Below, one piece after another: positions 14,520 through 26,230 of a stretch of 64,000 nt of DNA; within the stretch, counting starts at the first letter, position 1; each line of letters opens with the position of its first letter. The notes under the pieces were generated by a model. The model had not been told where the DNA came from, made no database searches, and saw only the letters and a program-made list of their open reading frames with translations. The translations under genes were made by a program, and so were the position numbers. Source of the DNA: Bispira polyomma (Eukaryota); the NCBI GenBank assembly GCA_965649765.1, contig OZ287748.1, positions 46,314,001 through 46,378,000 on the forward strand, in the 5' to 3' direction.

Positions 14520-15040
14520 TTGCAAAGATCTTAACATTTTAAGAGCTGGGTAAGTGCAATAAGTGTAGAAATATAAGGCCTAACACTAGTGTGGTCTGTC
14601 ATCTTTGTTCAGGTTTTTTGCGGAGGAGCAGGTTCATTGTTATGCCAAAGCATATGGCCACCTTGGTTGTGCTTCCCATTAATTATCTCTGTACAACTTT
14701 TCTCAATCAACCACAAAGATTCTTAACATTGATGCTGACTTCTTCTGACCGCTAATGACTTTGTTGCCAAGTGCTTAAAGTATACTTTAGTTTGTCTTAT
14801 AGATTGGGTTGCATCTCAAAGCTTTTGTCTGTCTGCTTCAGAATAACAATTGCCTTAGGTCAAGTCAGATGGTACATTGATATGCATATAGGTCAGATCT
14901 TTCTGTATGTGCGTATGTACAGCAAGATATTTATACAACAATACAATATGTTCTGAAGAATGAAACTCCTTCTGTTGTTTTTGATGTATTGCTGTTACAA
15001 TTATGGTATACTTTGCCTTGACAGTGATGGTTGCACTAAG
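14520..15040 (-). pseudogene. Decayed THAP-domain / P-element-like transposase fragment
   Basis: Broken frames give HNCNSNTSKTTEGVSFFR (THAP N-terminal half), RSDL, RQKL*DATQSI (AVPTIF-box like), then HTSVRPY / FLHLLHLPSS / MLRS (P-transposase S.kaY.fL...LPS..TLR motif), in the expected order. Confidence 0.5.
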
Positions 15041-17763
15041 TACACACACCTATCTATGTATATAAAAGATAGACTAAATATTTGTACACTAGATGCTCCT
15101 GAGAAGATACATTTGGGAAAAAATAATAAAGATGGATGGTTAACAGTTGGATAAGTTGGAACAATACTGCAATTACCTTCCTATCCTAGATAGCACTTTC
15201 CCATAATTATGAGGAGGAATTCATACCAATGAATTTTTACTTCCAAAATTTGAAATAGAAAACTGAGAGACATATTTATTGTGGGAGACATGCCCAGTTT
15301 CCAGAGGAACATTTTGCTGAGGTAAAAAATTATAAAAAGACTAAACTTTTTTATCAGGCGTAGTCTGATATTTTTAATTCTAAAAAGGGTGCCAACCTTT
15401 GGGAAAATATGTGAGGCCTTTTTGGATTGATTGGTTTGGAGCGATCAACCTGGCCAAACTGAAAGATGTCACATTTATTGTTATCAGACACAGTCTGGGG
15501 CCTGAGTATATAGTGTCCATATCAACGTTAGTGTATTTTACACTGTGCCCCGGTGTCTTTTTTTTAAAAAAAAACAACTCTTGTTTTGTCTGACAATTTT
15601 TAAACAGTCAACAGTACCTCTCCTAGCAGTAAGTTTATATTACAATTTGGATTACAGCTTCAATATTTCTTTAGCAGGACATGATTTACTTGGTTTAATG
15701 GTTCAGGGTAACTTACCAAATGGATAGATCAAACCATTAGTCTATGTTTCATGTATGTGACATTCAAAGAGAAATCTTAAAATTTTGAGTGTTTCCCTGT
15801 AGGCAATTTTGAAGGTTAATCATTTAAAAACAGGAACTATGAATGATATTATCATCTTACTTTGAGAAATACATTGTCAAAAGGGGGTAGGGGATAATTA
15901 TCTGGTCACTGCAAAAAAATAGGCTAAATTTGTCTCCATTACTAAAATCATTCAACTGGGAAACTGGTCTCATTTACAAAGTGAAAGAACAGACTTATCT
16001 TCTCAACTAGTCCAGTAATTAACCTGTAGTAATTCTTGTTTATGCCACACATCCATTGCTTTCATATCTTTATATGCAAAAAAGGCAATTCATGAAATCG
16101 TCATACAATATTCAAAGGTAATCATAGAATTCTGTTCAGAATTGCAACAAAATATTCCTCAAGTGACTACATGAGCCACATGGCTTTGACATGACATTCA
16201 TCTGCAAACCTTAACATACTAACTAAAGGTAATTATTTAAACTGCAGTAACATTTTCCCTAATTAACAATATTTACCACCTAAAACATGAAGCTTAAATA
16301 GCAATTTAATAGTTTTAAGAACATAAATGTTTTACTCATTATGTTCTGCTCAATAATTTGTTAATTCTACCAAAAATTAGAGCTTCAAGAAAGTCTTATA
16401 TGATAATCTTATCTTTAGATCATGTTGGGTTCTTTCCTTACTGATTTAGGCTTGGTTTAGAGATTCATCTGTTGCAAGTTGCTAGGTCTTTTATGCTACC
16501 ATTATTCTTTCTACCTATTTCAGCTTCAGCCACCTTCAGTTCTAATCTTTCTGAAACCCTAGATTCTTCTGTTTCTCTGGTTATCATAATAATGTGCTAT
16601 CTGCCCCACAAACTAACAAATATTTACTAATTTAATAATAGAAAGGGTTCTACAATTTCAAAAGCTTCTGCCAGTGCTCCAAACACACACTATATTTTAT
16701 TGCTCTAAACGGGAAAACTACAATTTGTTATCGTTATTGGGTCAGTTTTGTCGATTGACACTTTCAGCTTCCTATACTTAACTATGAATTCCAATTTAAA
16801 TGATAAGGTTCTTAGCTTTTGGCTGAACTTAAGTTTCAATACTGTCACACTGAGTAGTAACGTATGACACTGTTGTAAGTCCATTCTTCTGCTTGGTGGT
16901 ATACAACACCAGTAGTTCTAATAATGTGTCCACATTTATTAAATTAGATTGCGATCAGACAGGTAGATAACAGAATGTTATCCAATCAGATATTACGCCA
17001 CATATTACAAACAAAATACATAAAAATTCTGAAGTGACAGAGATTTTGTTTTACAAAAAATGCAATTGGTTGAGAGTTAATATGTGAGAAAGGTTAATAA
17101 CCTGACATAGGAGACCATGTCTTTTTTTTAAGGATCCTTCATGTGGTTACAATTTATTTCTGGGTCAAAGATATGCAGAGTACACATTAAACCAAAGAAG
17201 TCCAATTTACTGCATGGATGAGGGTGGAAATTAGACCAAAGAATTGAACAAATTGGACAGTTTTGTCTTCTGAGGACCACCCGTCACCTAGGAACTGAAG
17301 CTGAAGGTGATATATGATGGAATTACAGTCTAGATACATTACCCTAAGGTCTAGCAATCTAGACCTCATATTTATCAAGTTCCCAAATTTAGTAGAGAGT
17401 GATTATAGTTTAGTAGTAGTTTAATCCAGTAGTTTAAGCCATATATGTTTTTCTTCTAAATCATTTTTAAAATTCTGTGGAATTCCCTTAATCTGAACAT
17501 TGGAACTATAGTTGACATCACCTCAGTATTTTCAGAAGAGACTCTTAGTCATTTCTATACTTGCTAAGTTTTCATTTGACCGCAGATGTCTAGGATATAT
17601 ACTAAGCTATTTTACTTTTTTCCTAATTTGTCTCCGGGCTACGATTTTGAAACATAAAAAGTATTGTCAGTGCTTTGAGTCACACATTATGTGGGAGATA
17701 TATAGCACCAGCAGAGTAGAATAGAATAGCATAAAATACATGTATACAGTTGAACCCCTTTAA

Positions 17764-18079
17764 ATGTATGTCTTTACAAGTACCATCTGGTGATGTACGA
17801 TGGTACCATTTGCGATACATATTTGTGCTTTGTGTCTCTAAAATGTGATTTGATACAGGGATTACATGACTTTTAATTATTTTAATTTTGTTTATGACAC
17901 CACTTCTGTGCGATTTTTCTGTCCAATGTGAAAATATCAGCTTCAAGAGCAAAAACTTTTATCGCAATCGCAAACAGTGGGTTTGTATGGGTGGAGACAG
18001 TTCTATATTACTTAGAAGGAGGAAACAAATCGCCATCGCACATGGTTTGGCGAAAATAGTACTTGTGGAGACGTACACT
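17764..18079. mobile_element. Kolobok-like non-autonomous element nested in a family-A MITE
   Basis: TIR ATGTATGTCTTTACAAGTAC / GTACTTGTGGAGACGTACACT. Inserted at the TTAA of the host MITE (17747-18239). Inverted homolog at 39982-40290. Confidence 0.62.
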
Positions 18080-19649
18080 TAGTCAAACCTAAAGGGACAA
18101 GAAGAAATACCTCTATTTAAGCATGATTTCTTCTTAACAGGGTAGACTGTAAAGAAAAATTAGTTTCAGTGACCACAAATTGTACTCCATACAAAAGAAA
18201 AAATGACCTAACAGAGTTTTACTTAATTGGGTTGAACTGCAGTACAACTATTATGTGTAAATTGACACATTACTAGTTCCTTCAAATGATCCACAAAAAC
18301 AGTATGTTCATGTTTTTTTCTGAAACGGGCGCCACCTTATTTGAAAAGGGTGCTGCCATCTTAGAAATAAGATGTAAGATTTTCATGGATTGGTTGAAAG
18401 CAATCAACCCGTCCAGACAGAAGGGGGTCAGTTTAATATTTATACAGTAGGGGTGTCTAGCTGGCCTGATTATATAGTGGCCATATGAATGTTAGTGTAT
18501 TTCACACTGTGCACTCTTGTGTTTTTAAAAAGATAACTCTTGTTTCTATGTCTTACTTACAGGTGGACATAAGGGCAAGGGTGGTGGCACACTGCGAGAA
18601 CACTGGCCACCTACACTGTACAGTGAAAAGTCCTCTCTTTTGCCGTCCTTCTCACTGGCTTTGTCCTACAAAACATTGACAAGAATATACTGTAGTAAAT
18701 CTATGTGTAAACTCAAGGCTTATAAGCTGAACAGGCAATGATGACAAACTAAATACATAGTATGGTAGAACCTCTATCTTTCAAACTTCTAAAATAATAA
18801 CAACTGGTGCATTTCTAGAGCACCAAATTGATGGGAACATCCTCTAAAAGGTGCTGAAAAAAGCATTCAACCAGGGAATAAACTAATGAAGTGGTATGTT
18901 TTGAGTTGGCTTCTGAAACCAATCTGTGCAAGCTCGTTCCATTTAACAGAAGCCGAGACAGCAAAGTGATAGTCTTGCCATATTTGACTCTTGACTTATT
19001 AGTGTGACCTTCATTGTAAAAACCTCAATGAAGACTATTCAGTAACATGCTTTCTTATCCAGTTTATCATTCACTTATTTACAGTGATACTATTTCAGCC
19101 AATATCTGATGGGAACTTTTCTGGGAGGACACCTTTCTTAAAGAGGGCACCTTTCTACCTTTCTTGATATGGGGATCGGAGTCTCTGATATTCGTTTTTT
19201 ATACAATGGTACAATGGATTGTGATAGTATGTCATTAGACCTCACTTATTTAAGAAATTTTAATGAAACAGAACTTTACCACAAGTCATACAAATATGAT
19301 TCTTAAGAGTTCATATCAAAATTATACTTATTTGCAATCACTTTGAATGACATCACACATTAACAGCCTCAGAACTGGTAGAATTATTAGCAACTTAGTG
19401 TGCAGGTAAAGTGTGAACTGATTATTTTTTACAACAAGACATCCATCAGATGTAGACATGAGAAACAAAGTTGTGATGGCTGTATGTTGGCGGATAGCCT
19501 TGTCAAAGGCTCTGTGGGTCACTTGGAACAATAATGACACTTGTTAGAAAGTCAATAGTTACCGCCTGGCTAACATAACATTAGGACTTTTATCTTTCAG
19601 CAAAGTACAGTGCAGTAATAAAAAAAAAAAATCATGGTATAATCAAATG

Positions 19650-19870
19650 TTTATACAGAGACCACCTGTGTATAAAGACCACACTTTCAAAAACTATTGC
19701 TCAATAATAATCAACCTCCATATAATGACCACCTGTCAATTAAGACCACTTATCAGGGTTCCCTTGTGTGGTCTTTATATACAACCTCTAATCCTCTATA
19801 TAATGACCACCTGTCAATTAAGACCACTTATCAGAGTTCCCTCGTGTGGTCTTTATATACAACCTGTCTG
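19650..19870. mobile_element. GACCAC-type Tc1-like MITE remnant with a 78-bp internal tandem duplication
   Basis: TATAATGACCACCTGTCAATTAAGACCACTTATCAG.GTTCCCT.GTGTGGTCTTTATATACAACCT at 19721 and 19799. Confidence 0.7.
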
Positions 19871-21714
19871 TGTCTATTAATAACACTGATAACTTTAAAC
19901 AAAAATTTCCAATTGAAAAATTACGTTCTGACAAATCCTATGTTTCTTTTAGCAAGGCTAGTAGCACAGTAACTTTCAAAGTTTTGTTAGGCAATGTTTG
20001 TATGGAAGTCTGCAAGTGTATGTTTTGTTAACAAAAAAAAAGTTATGTGATTTTCTCCTATTTTTTTTTTTCGTTTTTTTGGTTCACAAAACTGCCAACA
20101 CTTTTGTGGTCCATACAAGCCACAGTTTATAACCACTTATCACGAAAAAATAAATCTTAGTAACCTAAAAACTAGACTTAGATTTGTCCAGATATCTAAT
20201 ATTGTTCTACAACAAAACATGAAAACAGCAAAGATGTATTATCACTGTGCATACCCTGTTGTGTAGGCTGACTCAAAGTAAGACTTAAGTTTGGATAAAA
20301 ACCTAAAAAATTTTGTATGGATTGTACCTTTTCTTTTGTATGGATAAAGACTTTCAATTACCATCCATACAATTAGCATGACCCTTTGATTTGAATTCAA
20401 GCAAGTCATCTATAAATCACTGAATAATCAGTTTTGTTACTTACTGCCAACAGAACATAGTCTCAGATCAGTTTGAGTATCAGAGTAACTTTGATATTAT
20501 CTTTTGAGTTTTAAGTAAAAGCTGTAAAACATCACTATAGCTGAACTAAAAAGTCCCCATCTCAGTCAATCGGTACCACTCTCTATGTCATTTCTTTAGC
20601 ACAAGTGACTTTATAGCTGAACAACAAAATGAAAAATTGTATAATATTCTTTATCAAGCACAAATATTTTTAATGGCTTATTCTTTAAAATGTACACATT
20701 TTTAGAGAACATTCACTGCTTCATCTTTTATACTGTTTCGTTCACAGAGTGTTCTTTAATTGAACTAGATATTGTGTTTTGAAACCTTGGATTAGAATTT
20801 AAAATGATCCTGATTTAGCGACATTAGACTCAGTCATCACATTTAAACTGCTTTAGGGAAGGATATTCAGTTTTATTCTTTGTTGAATTATAAATTAGCA
20901 GTGGATCCTTTCTTTTAATTTAATAAACACAAAAATTGATAACCAAGTGTATGTAAATCAATTATTTCTGGAATATTAAAATTCACAAATGTATATGTAC
21001 TTGTAAAGGTAATCACATCTTTAAAAAGGTCAGCTTGATCAGTTAGTAATCAGTAATATTCTGATCATAGACAATATTTTAACATCTGAGACTGCACAGA
21101 AAAATCTATTCATTGTGCCTGTATTGCACTTTTTTTATCATATTGCACACCCTCTTGAAGTTATGTTATTTGTCAATGGTAGGAACTTAAAGACATATAA
21201 ATGGCAAATGTATTCCCAATTGGAATGATGATACATCTATGTTGTGGATAGTTACATATTCATATTAGCCTTGTGACCATTCCCATTTTTTGTAGAGTTT
21301 TACACAGCAAAACATAAAGTCAGATTTTATATACAGTTTTTAGTAGAACCTCTATCATCTAAACTTTAATTACCTGAATATTTGAGTTTTTGAACTCATT
21401 TTCACTCTCCCAAACTTCTATTGTTCTTACTAAAATGCCTCTTATATTTTATGAATCTTCTATTATCCGAACAAAATCTTCTTTTTCCAACATGTTTGGA
21501 CAACAGTGATTCTGCTGTACAGTACATAGCTAGCATGCTTACTTGAATCAACTTATTCAGTTGAGATCATAGATTAGAAGCTAGTATTTAATAAATATCA
21601 TGTAAACTAGTGATTTATTTGAAAACATTTAAGATGCAATAATTTACAACTACATAACATTTAAAACTTATTTCATCTCTTCTACTTTACAAACCGACTA
21701 AATAAGAAATAAAA

Positions 21715-21850
21715 TCGGTGTGAATTTTATACGAACCGGATTGGCAGATCCGGATCAGTCTTCTGTGTGAATGCTTACACTGTTTTATTTGTATCAAAAT
21801 TATACGGATCCGCGATACAGATCCGGATCTGGCCTGTGTGAATTGACCTT
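21715..21850. mobile_element. Right end of a PIF/Harbinger-like MITE
   Basis: Repeated GATCCGGATC palindromes and GTGTGAA motifs ending in GTGTGAATTGACC|TTA. Confidence 0.55.
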
Positions 21851-22432
21851 AACTTTCTTCTAGCATTCTGTGAAAGCACTTACACTCAAAAGAAAAAAAA
21901 TCTCTGCTTGGAGAAAAGAAAGAAAGAAAAAAAAGAATGAAAACTGTTACATCACATGATGGATTGTGCTGCTTTAACTGAGAATATTAAACAGAGATGG
22001 ATAAAAATATACAGAACTGAGTATTCTCGATCTCAAAGGGGTAGCAATTTACTGGGTTCTGACCTAAGAAAATACAGTCTTGCCATCACTCTTTTTTTTT
22101 TGCTCTCCGTGAAAATTTAGCTAATCATTCTTAGCTGGAGATACAAATGACGTGCTGACGTGTTATACCTTGAGAAAAGAGACTCCTATTGGGGGGAGTT
22201 AATTTACTCGTTCAGGAAAAGGCTAATATTTGACAGCCTTTTATGAAACAAATCGATTTTCTGATTATACAAAAAAGTGGCGGCAAATTGATATCATGAA
22301 ATGGTGACAACTGTTTATAAAATCCAATGGATTTCTCTATTGACCTTAAATTTTAGAAGAAAAAAAAAAACGAATCTCACTAAAGTCACTGCTAAAATAG
22401 AACTCTTTTTTTTAAATGAGACTAAAGAGGTG

Positions 22433-22655
22433 GAGTAAGTAATCTAAAATTTGCCACTGTATCTGAATTTCTCTGCCAACCATAAAATTTACCCTAAATC
22501 AACAAAAAGTGTGGCAAAAAATAACTGAAATTTAGGTAAGTAAGGCAAAATAGTCACAAAAATCTCAGAAAATATTACCCACAATTGTACCAAAAACTTA
22601 ACATTTTATAGGTGGCGAATTTCAGATACAGTGGCAAATTTTAAAATCCTTACTC
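22433..22655. mobile_element. MITE with ~55-bp TIRs and GAG...CTC termini (Mutator- or Sola-like)
   Basis: GAGTAAGTAATCTAAAATTTGCCACTGTATCTGAA is inverted to TTCAGATACAGTGGCAAATTTTAAAATCCTTACTC. Confidence 0.75.
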
Positions 22656-24012
22656 TAATACCACATTTCCTGTAGCATTAAGTGGCATTCATATATAGGC
22701 CATCAAAATAGTATTACCGAAAATCAAACTATCATAATATTAACAACTATGTGCTTTTTTTACAATAAAATAGCAAAAACTATGAAGTGAGGCTTTGTTG
22801 AATGGGGCAAACAAATTCAAGTGGCTACCAGTGACAATGCCCATCCTCATTAAATGTAGTTAATCTCCACCATTGTATCAGAAAAGCTGGGAATATGTGC
22901 ATCTGTCCAAGTTTTGCAAAATGGCCACTTGATCTCATTTTGGCCTTTATGCAGTAAAAACCCCACTACAAGTACAAGGCATTAAAGGTCAATATTCTCT
23001 GCATTGACACACTTCATCTGCAGTTTGTGTGTGCACAACAGTTTTCCTCATCATATTACTCTGCTAACTAATGCTTACATCAGGTGTCCCACTGACCTTC
23101 GGTAACAAATGTGCATTTACAATGAGACTTCTGTTCAAGATAACTTACTGGTGGTGCGGAACAATAGTGCAACATCCTTTTTCTTCCTGTTTGGGTAAAT
23201 TGTATTAAATCCTTTAAAGTTTACATTTGTGTTTATGATGTGTAGTGGGACAAGATGTACAATGAGATTAATTCTTCTAATCTCTGTAATACAGCGGAAG
23301 CTCCATTATCTGAACATATTGGAACAGCAAAATTTTGTTTGGATAAAAAAAAGAGGTACTTGTATACAGAAAAGATAAAAATACAGTCAAACCCCTTTGA
23401 GTAGAACTCTAGTAAGTGGAATTACCTGTTAAGCAGAGTTTATTTGAATGTCCCATTGCTATATACTAATTAAAAGTCACCCTGTTAAGTAGAATTTCTG
23501 TTAAGTAGAACAAAGTTTCAAGGTCCCTTTAGACTTAACGGGGTTCCACGTTACAATGATTAGAGAGTGAATGAGTTAATACAGTTAAATATTCCGATAA
23601 TAAACAAAGAATCAAGTAGTTTTTAACCTCAAGGCCTGTTGTCTCCAAGCTCCAACTGGAACTCAACAACCCAAATGAAGAATAGTAACTGTCTCTATTC
23701 GGAAAGAGAAAGCGCTAAGAAGGAGCCAAACCTACTTATATTACTCCCAACAGTTGTACTTATATCACATCCCTTTTGAGGTCCTTTTTTATGACATGAA
23801 TAAGTGTACACTTTTTAAAAAATGAGACAGTGGACCCACTGGCCCAAATATATTTTAAATTTGCTGAATTCAAATATGTTGTCAGATTTCACATGAACTT
23901 CACTCTGGACACAGACATGGGCACCTTTAGACTTTAGAGCTTCAGTCTAAGTTGAGATATCTAGAGACTATATGACCAATAGATCACAAGACTAGCTGAT
24001 AAGGACACATAC

Positions 24013-24147
24013 CTGTTCCTCAGACTGTATAGATGCCATATCTAGGAACTGGTGAAGCCTGTCCAGTACATCTTTAGGGTGGGTCTTTAGTTCACCTGCA
24101 TACTGCTGGGCAAGCTTCTCCAGGTGTTCTGTGTTTACTGTACCATC
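24013..24147 (-). CDS. SASH1: Internal coding exon (45 aa) similar to vertebrate SASH1 exon 2; probable exon 2 of the SAMD5/SASH1-like gene
   Basis: Acceptor ttgatttttcag|GAT, donor CAG|GTATGT, 135 nt, phase 0-0, no stop. Peptide DGTVNTEHLEKLAQQYAGELKTHPKDVLDRLHQFLDMASIQSEEQ versus recalled human SASH1 [34 protein letters not shown]. Confidence 0.85.
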
Positions 24148-25925
24148 CTGAAAAATCAAGTCAAGCTTTGCACATTAATACTACAGTATCGCAGCAAATG
24201 ATTTGTTATATAGCTTTATATATTAATATATGTGATTGATCAAAATAATTTTTGACATGTACAGATCTTGTGTACTTTTGTATATGTGGAATTAAGTTAA
24301 AGCATTAAATTGGAACATCTTGATATTGAATAGTACACCATCTTAAGGTGTTTTACTGTTTTAGATCAATTAAACTTTCACTCCTTATTGGAAAGACAGC
24401 TTCATTTGAAAGCTGACCTAATTTCCTTATTTCTTTGTAAAGGTGTTGAACAAGAATCAAGAGAGTTCACTCAATACATTCAACTATTAGCCAAGTAGCC
24501 CTTTTATGGAGATTGTTACCTGTACCAAGACGGTTATGTTTATTGCCTGTGTGCATTGGTGTGTTTGTCACCAGGATTACACAAAAACTACTGAACTCAT
24601 TTATATGAAAGATACAGGAATGTTTGGACACTGTGGCCTTGGGGCTAGTTACTGTGTATACTAGACTATAGAACTGATACAATTAAAAACACATGAATAG
24701 CTGTCTTTATATATGGTAAAATTTTAAAGAAATCGGAAAAAATACCAGTACCTCTAGTTTAAGCAAGAATTGAATTAACGTAGGAGGTTTTTAAAAGATA
24801 AAATGCCTCAGTGGGAGACACACTTTTCATTGAAATAACAGCGAAAATGAATTAATAGAGTTCTACTTAAAGGAGTTTGATCACACAGTTGAAACATTTA
24901 AGTGGAACCTCAAAGGACCAGGAAAAATACCTCTACTTAAGCAGGACTTAGCAGGGTAGATTTTAAAAGTCAGTCCTTGAGGAACTGCAAATTATTCTGT
25001 ACAAAAAAGAGAAATCAACTTAACCGAGTTCTACTTAAAGAGGTTTGAGTGTATTTTATTGGCTGTACAAGACCTAAATGAAAGGACTACTTCTATAGAG
25101 ACCAATGTATCCTTGAATCCAATATTAGGAGATGAACTTTCTATATATAAATAACATGTTATCATGTTATGGCCCGATTTATATGCAGTCTCTGTATGCA
25201 TTCAGTTTTGGCTGTAAATCAGTCAAATGCTTTCTCTGGTTCAGCTGATTTTAGAAGAAATCTAGACAAGAATGGACAACATTAATCTTCTAATGAGCAC
25301 ATACAGTGCCACATATATCTGTTTTTATCCTTTTTTTTCTTACAATAGATTTATCATTGCTAGAGTCAGACATTATCTCAAAAGTGATAACAGCAGATTA
25401 CTTTTATTTGGAGAAAAACTACTTTGTGTTTCTTCTCAGTCACACAAATCTTCGGGGAGAAAAAGTAGTAGTGAATGATTGGATAAAGAAGAACAATAAA
25501 TGAGGCGCATACACCGGAAAACGGTTGTGGCGTCAATAAAGTATCTGGGTGGTCCAGATCTAACACACAGGATAATAAATAATAGAATGGAAAGCAAGGA
25601 TTTGGCCAGAAACAACTTAACTAAAAGAAAAGTATATTTTAAACTTAATTGCCCTGAATGTGTTTTTAAAAGAAGTACAAAGCTTGGACATGTCCCAGAG
25701 TCTTGTTTGTTGTTAATAATGAGAAGTCACCAAATAATGCTTATACGTGTATACAGTAGAACTTCTATTATTCAAACATTAAAAGGTTATAAAATAGAAC
25801 AGGTATTTATTTGTTTAAAGAAATCACAGAATGTTCATTAAATTTAATAAAATTTAATATTACTACTAATTTAATATGACTATTAATATTATAGTCTGGA
25901 TAATTGAGGTTCTACACTGTACATA

Positions 25926-26230
25926 CAGTTAAACCTCTTTAAGTAGAACCCTGATAAGTGGAAATACCTACTAGAAGTCATTTTAAGATGACATTGCTAT
26001 ATTTCTAATTAAAATTTACCTTGATAAGTAGAATTTCTGTTAAGTAGAACGTTTTTCCCCTTCAGATTCAATTTAACAGGGTTTCACTGTCTATAAATAG
26101 AGAGTTTGTGCTATATTTCTAATAAAAATTTACCTTGATAAGTAGAATTTCTGTTACGTACAACAAAATTTTATTGTCCCTTCAGATTCAACTTAATAAG
26201 GTTCCACTGTATATAAAATACAGAGTTTGC
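25926..26230. mobile_element. Family-A MITE with tandem duplication of its right half plus flank
   Basis: GCTATATTTCTAAT...CCCTTCAGATTCAA...CACTGT..ATAAA..GAGTTTG occurs twice (25996-26109 and 26110-26230). Confidence 0.75.

Noticed and set aside
16460-16590. Purine-rich minus-strand stretch (ETEESRVSERLELKVAEAEIG) as a third SASH1 exon
   Set aside because: Weak polypyrimidine tract and donor, phase does not follow the phase-0 exon, and no recognisable homology.
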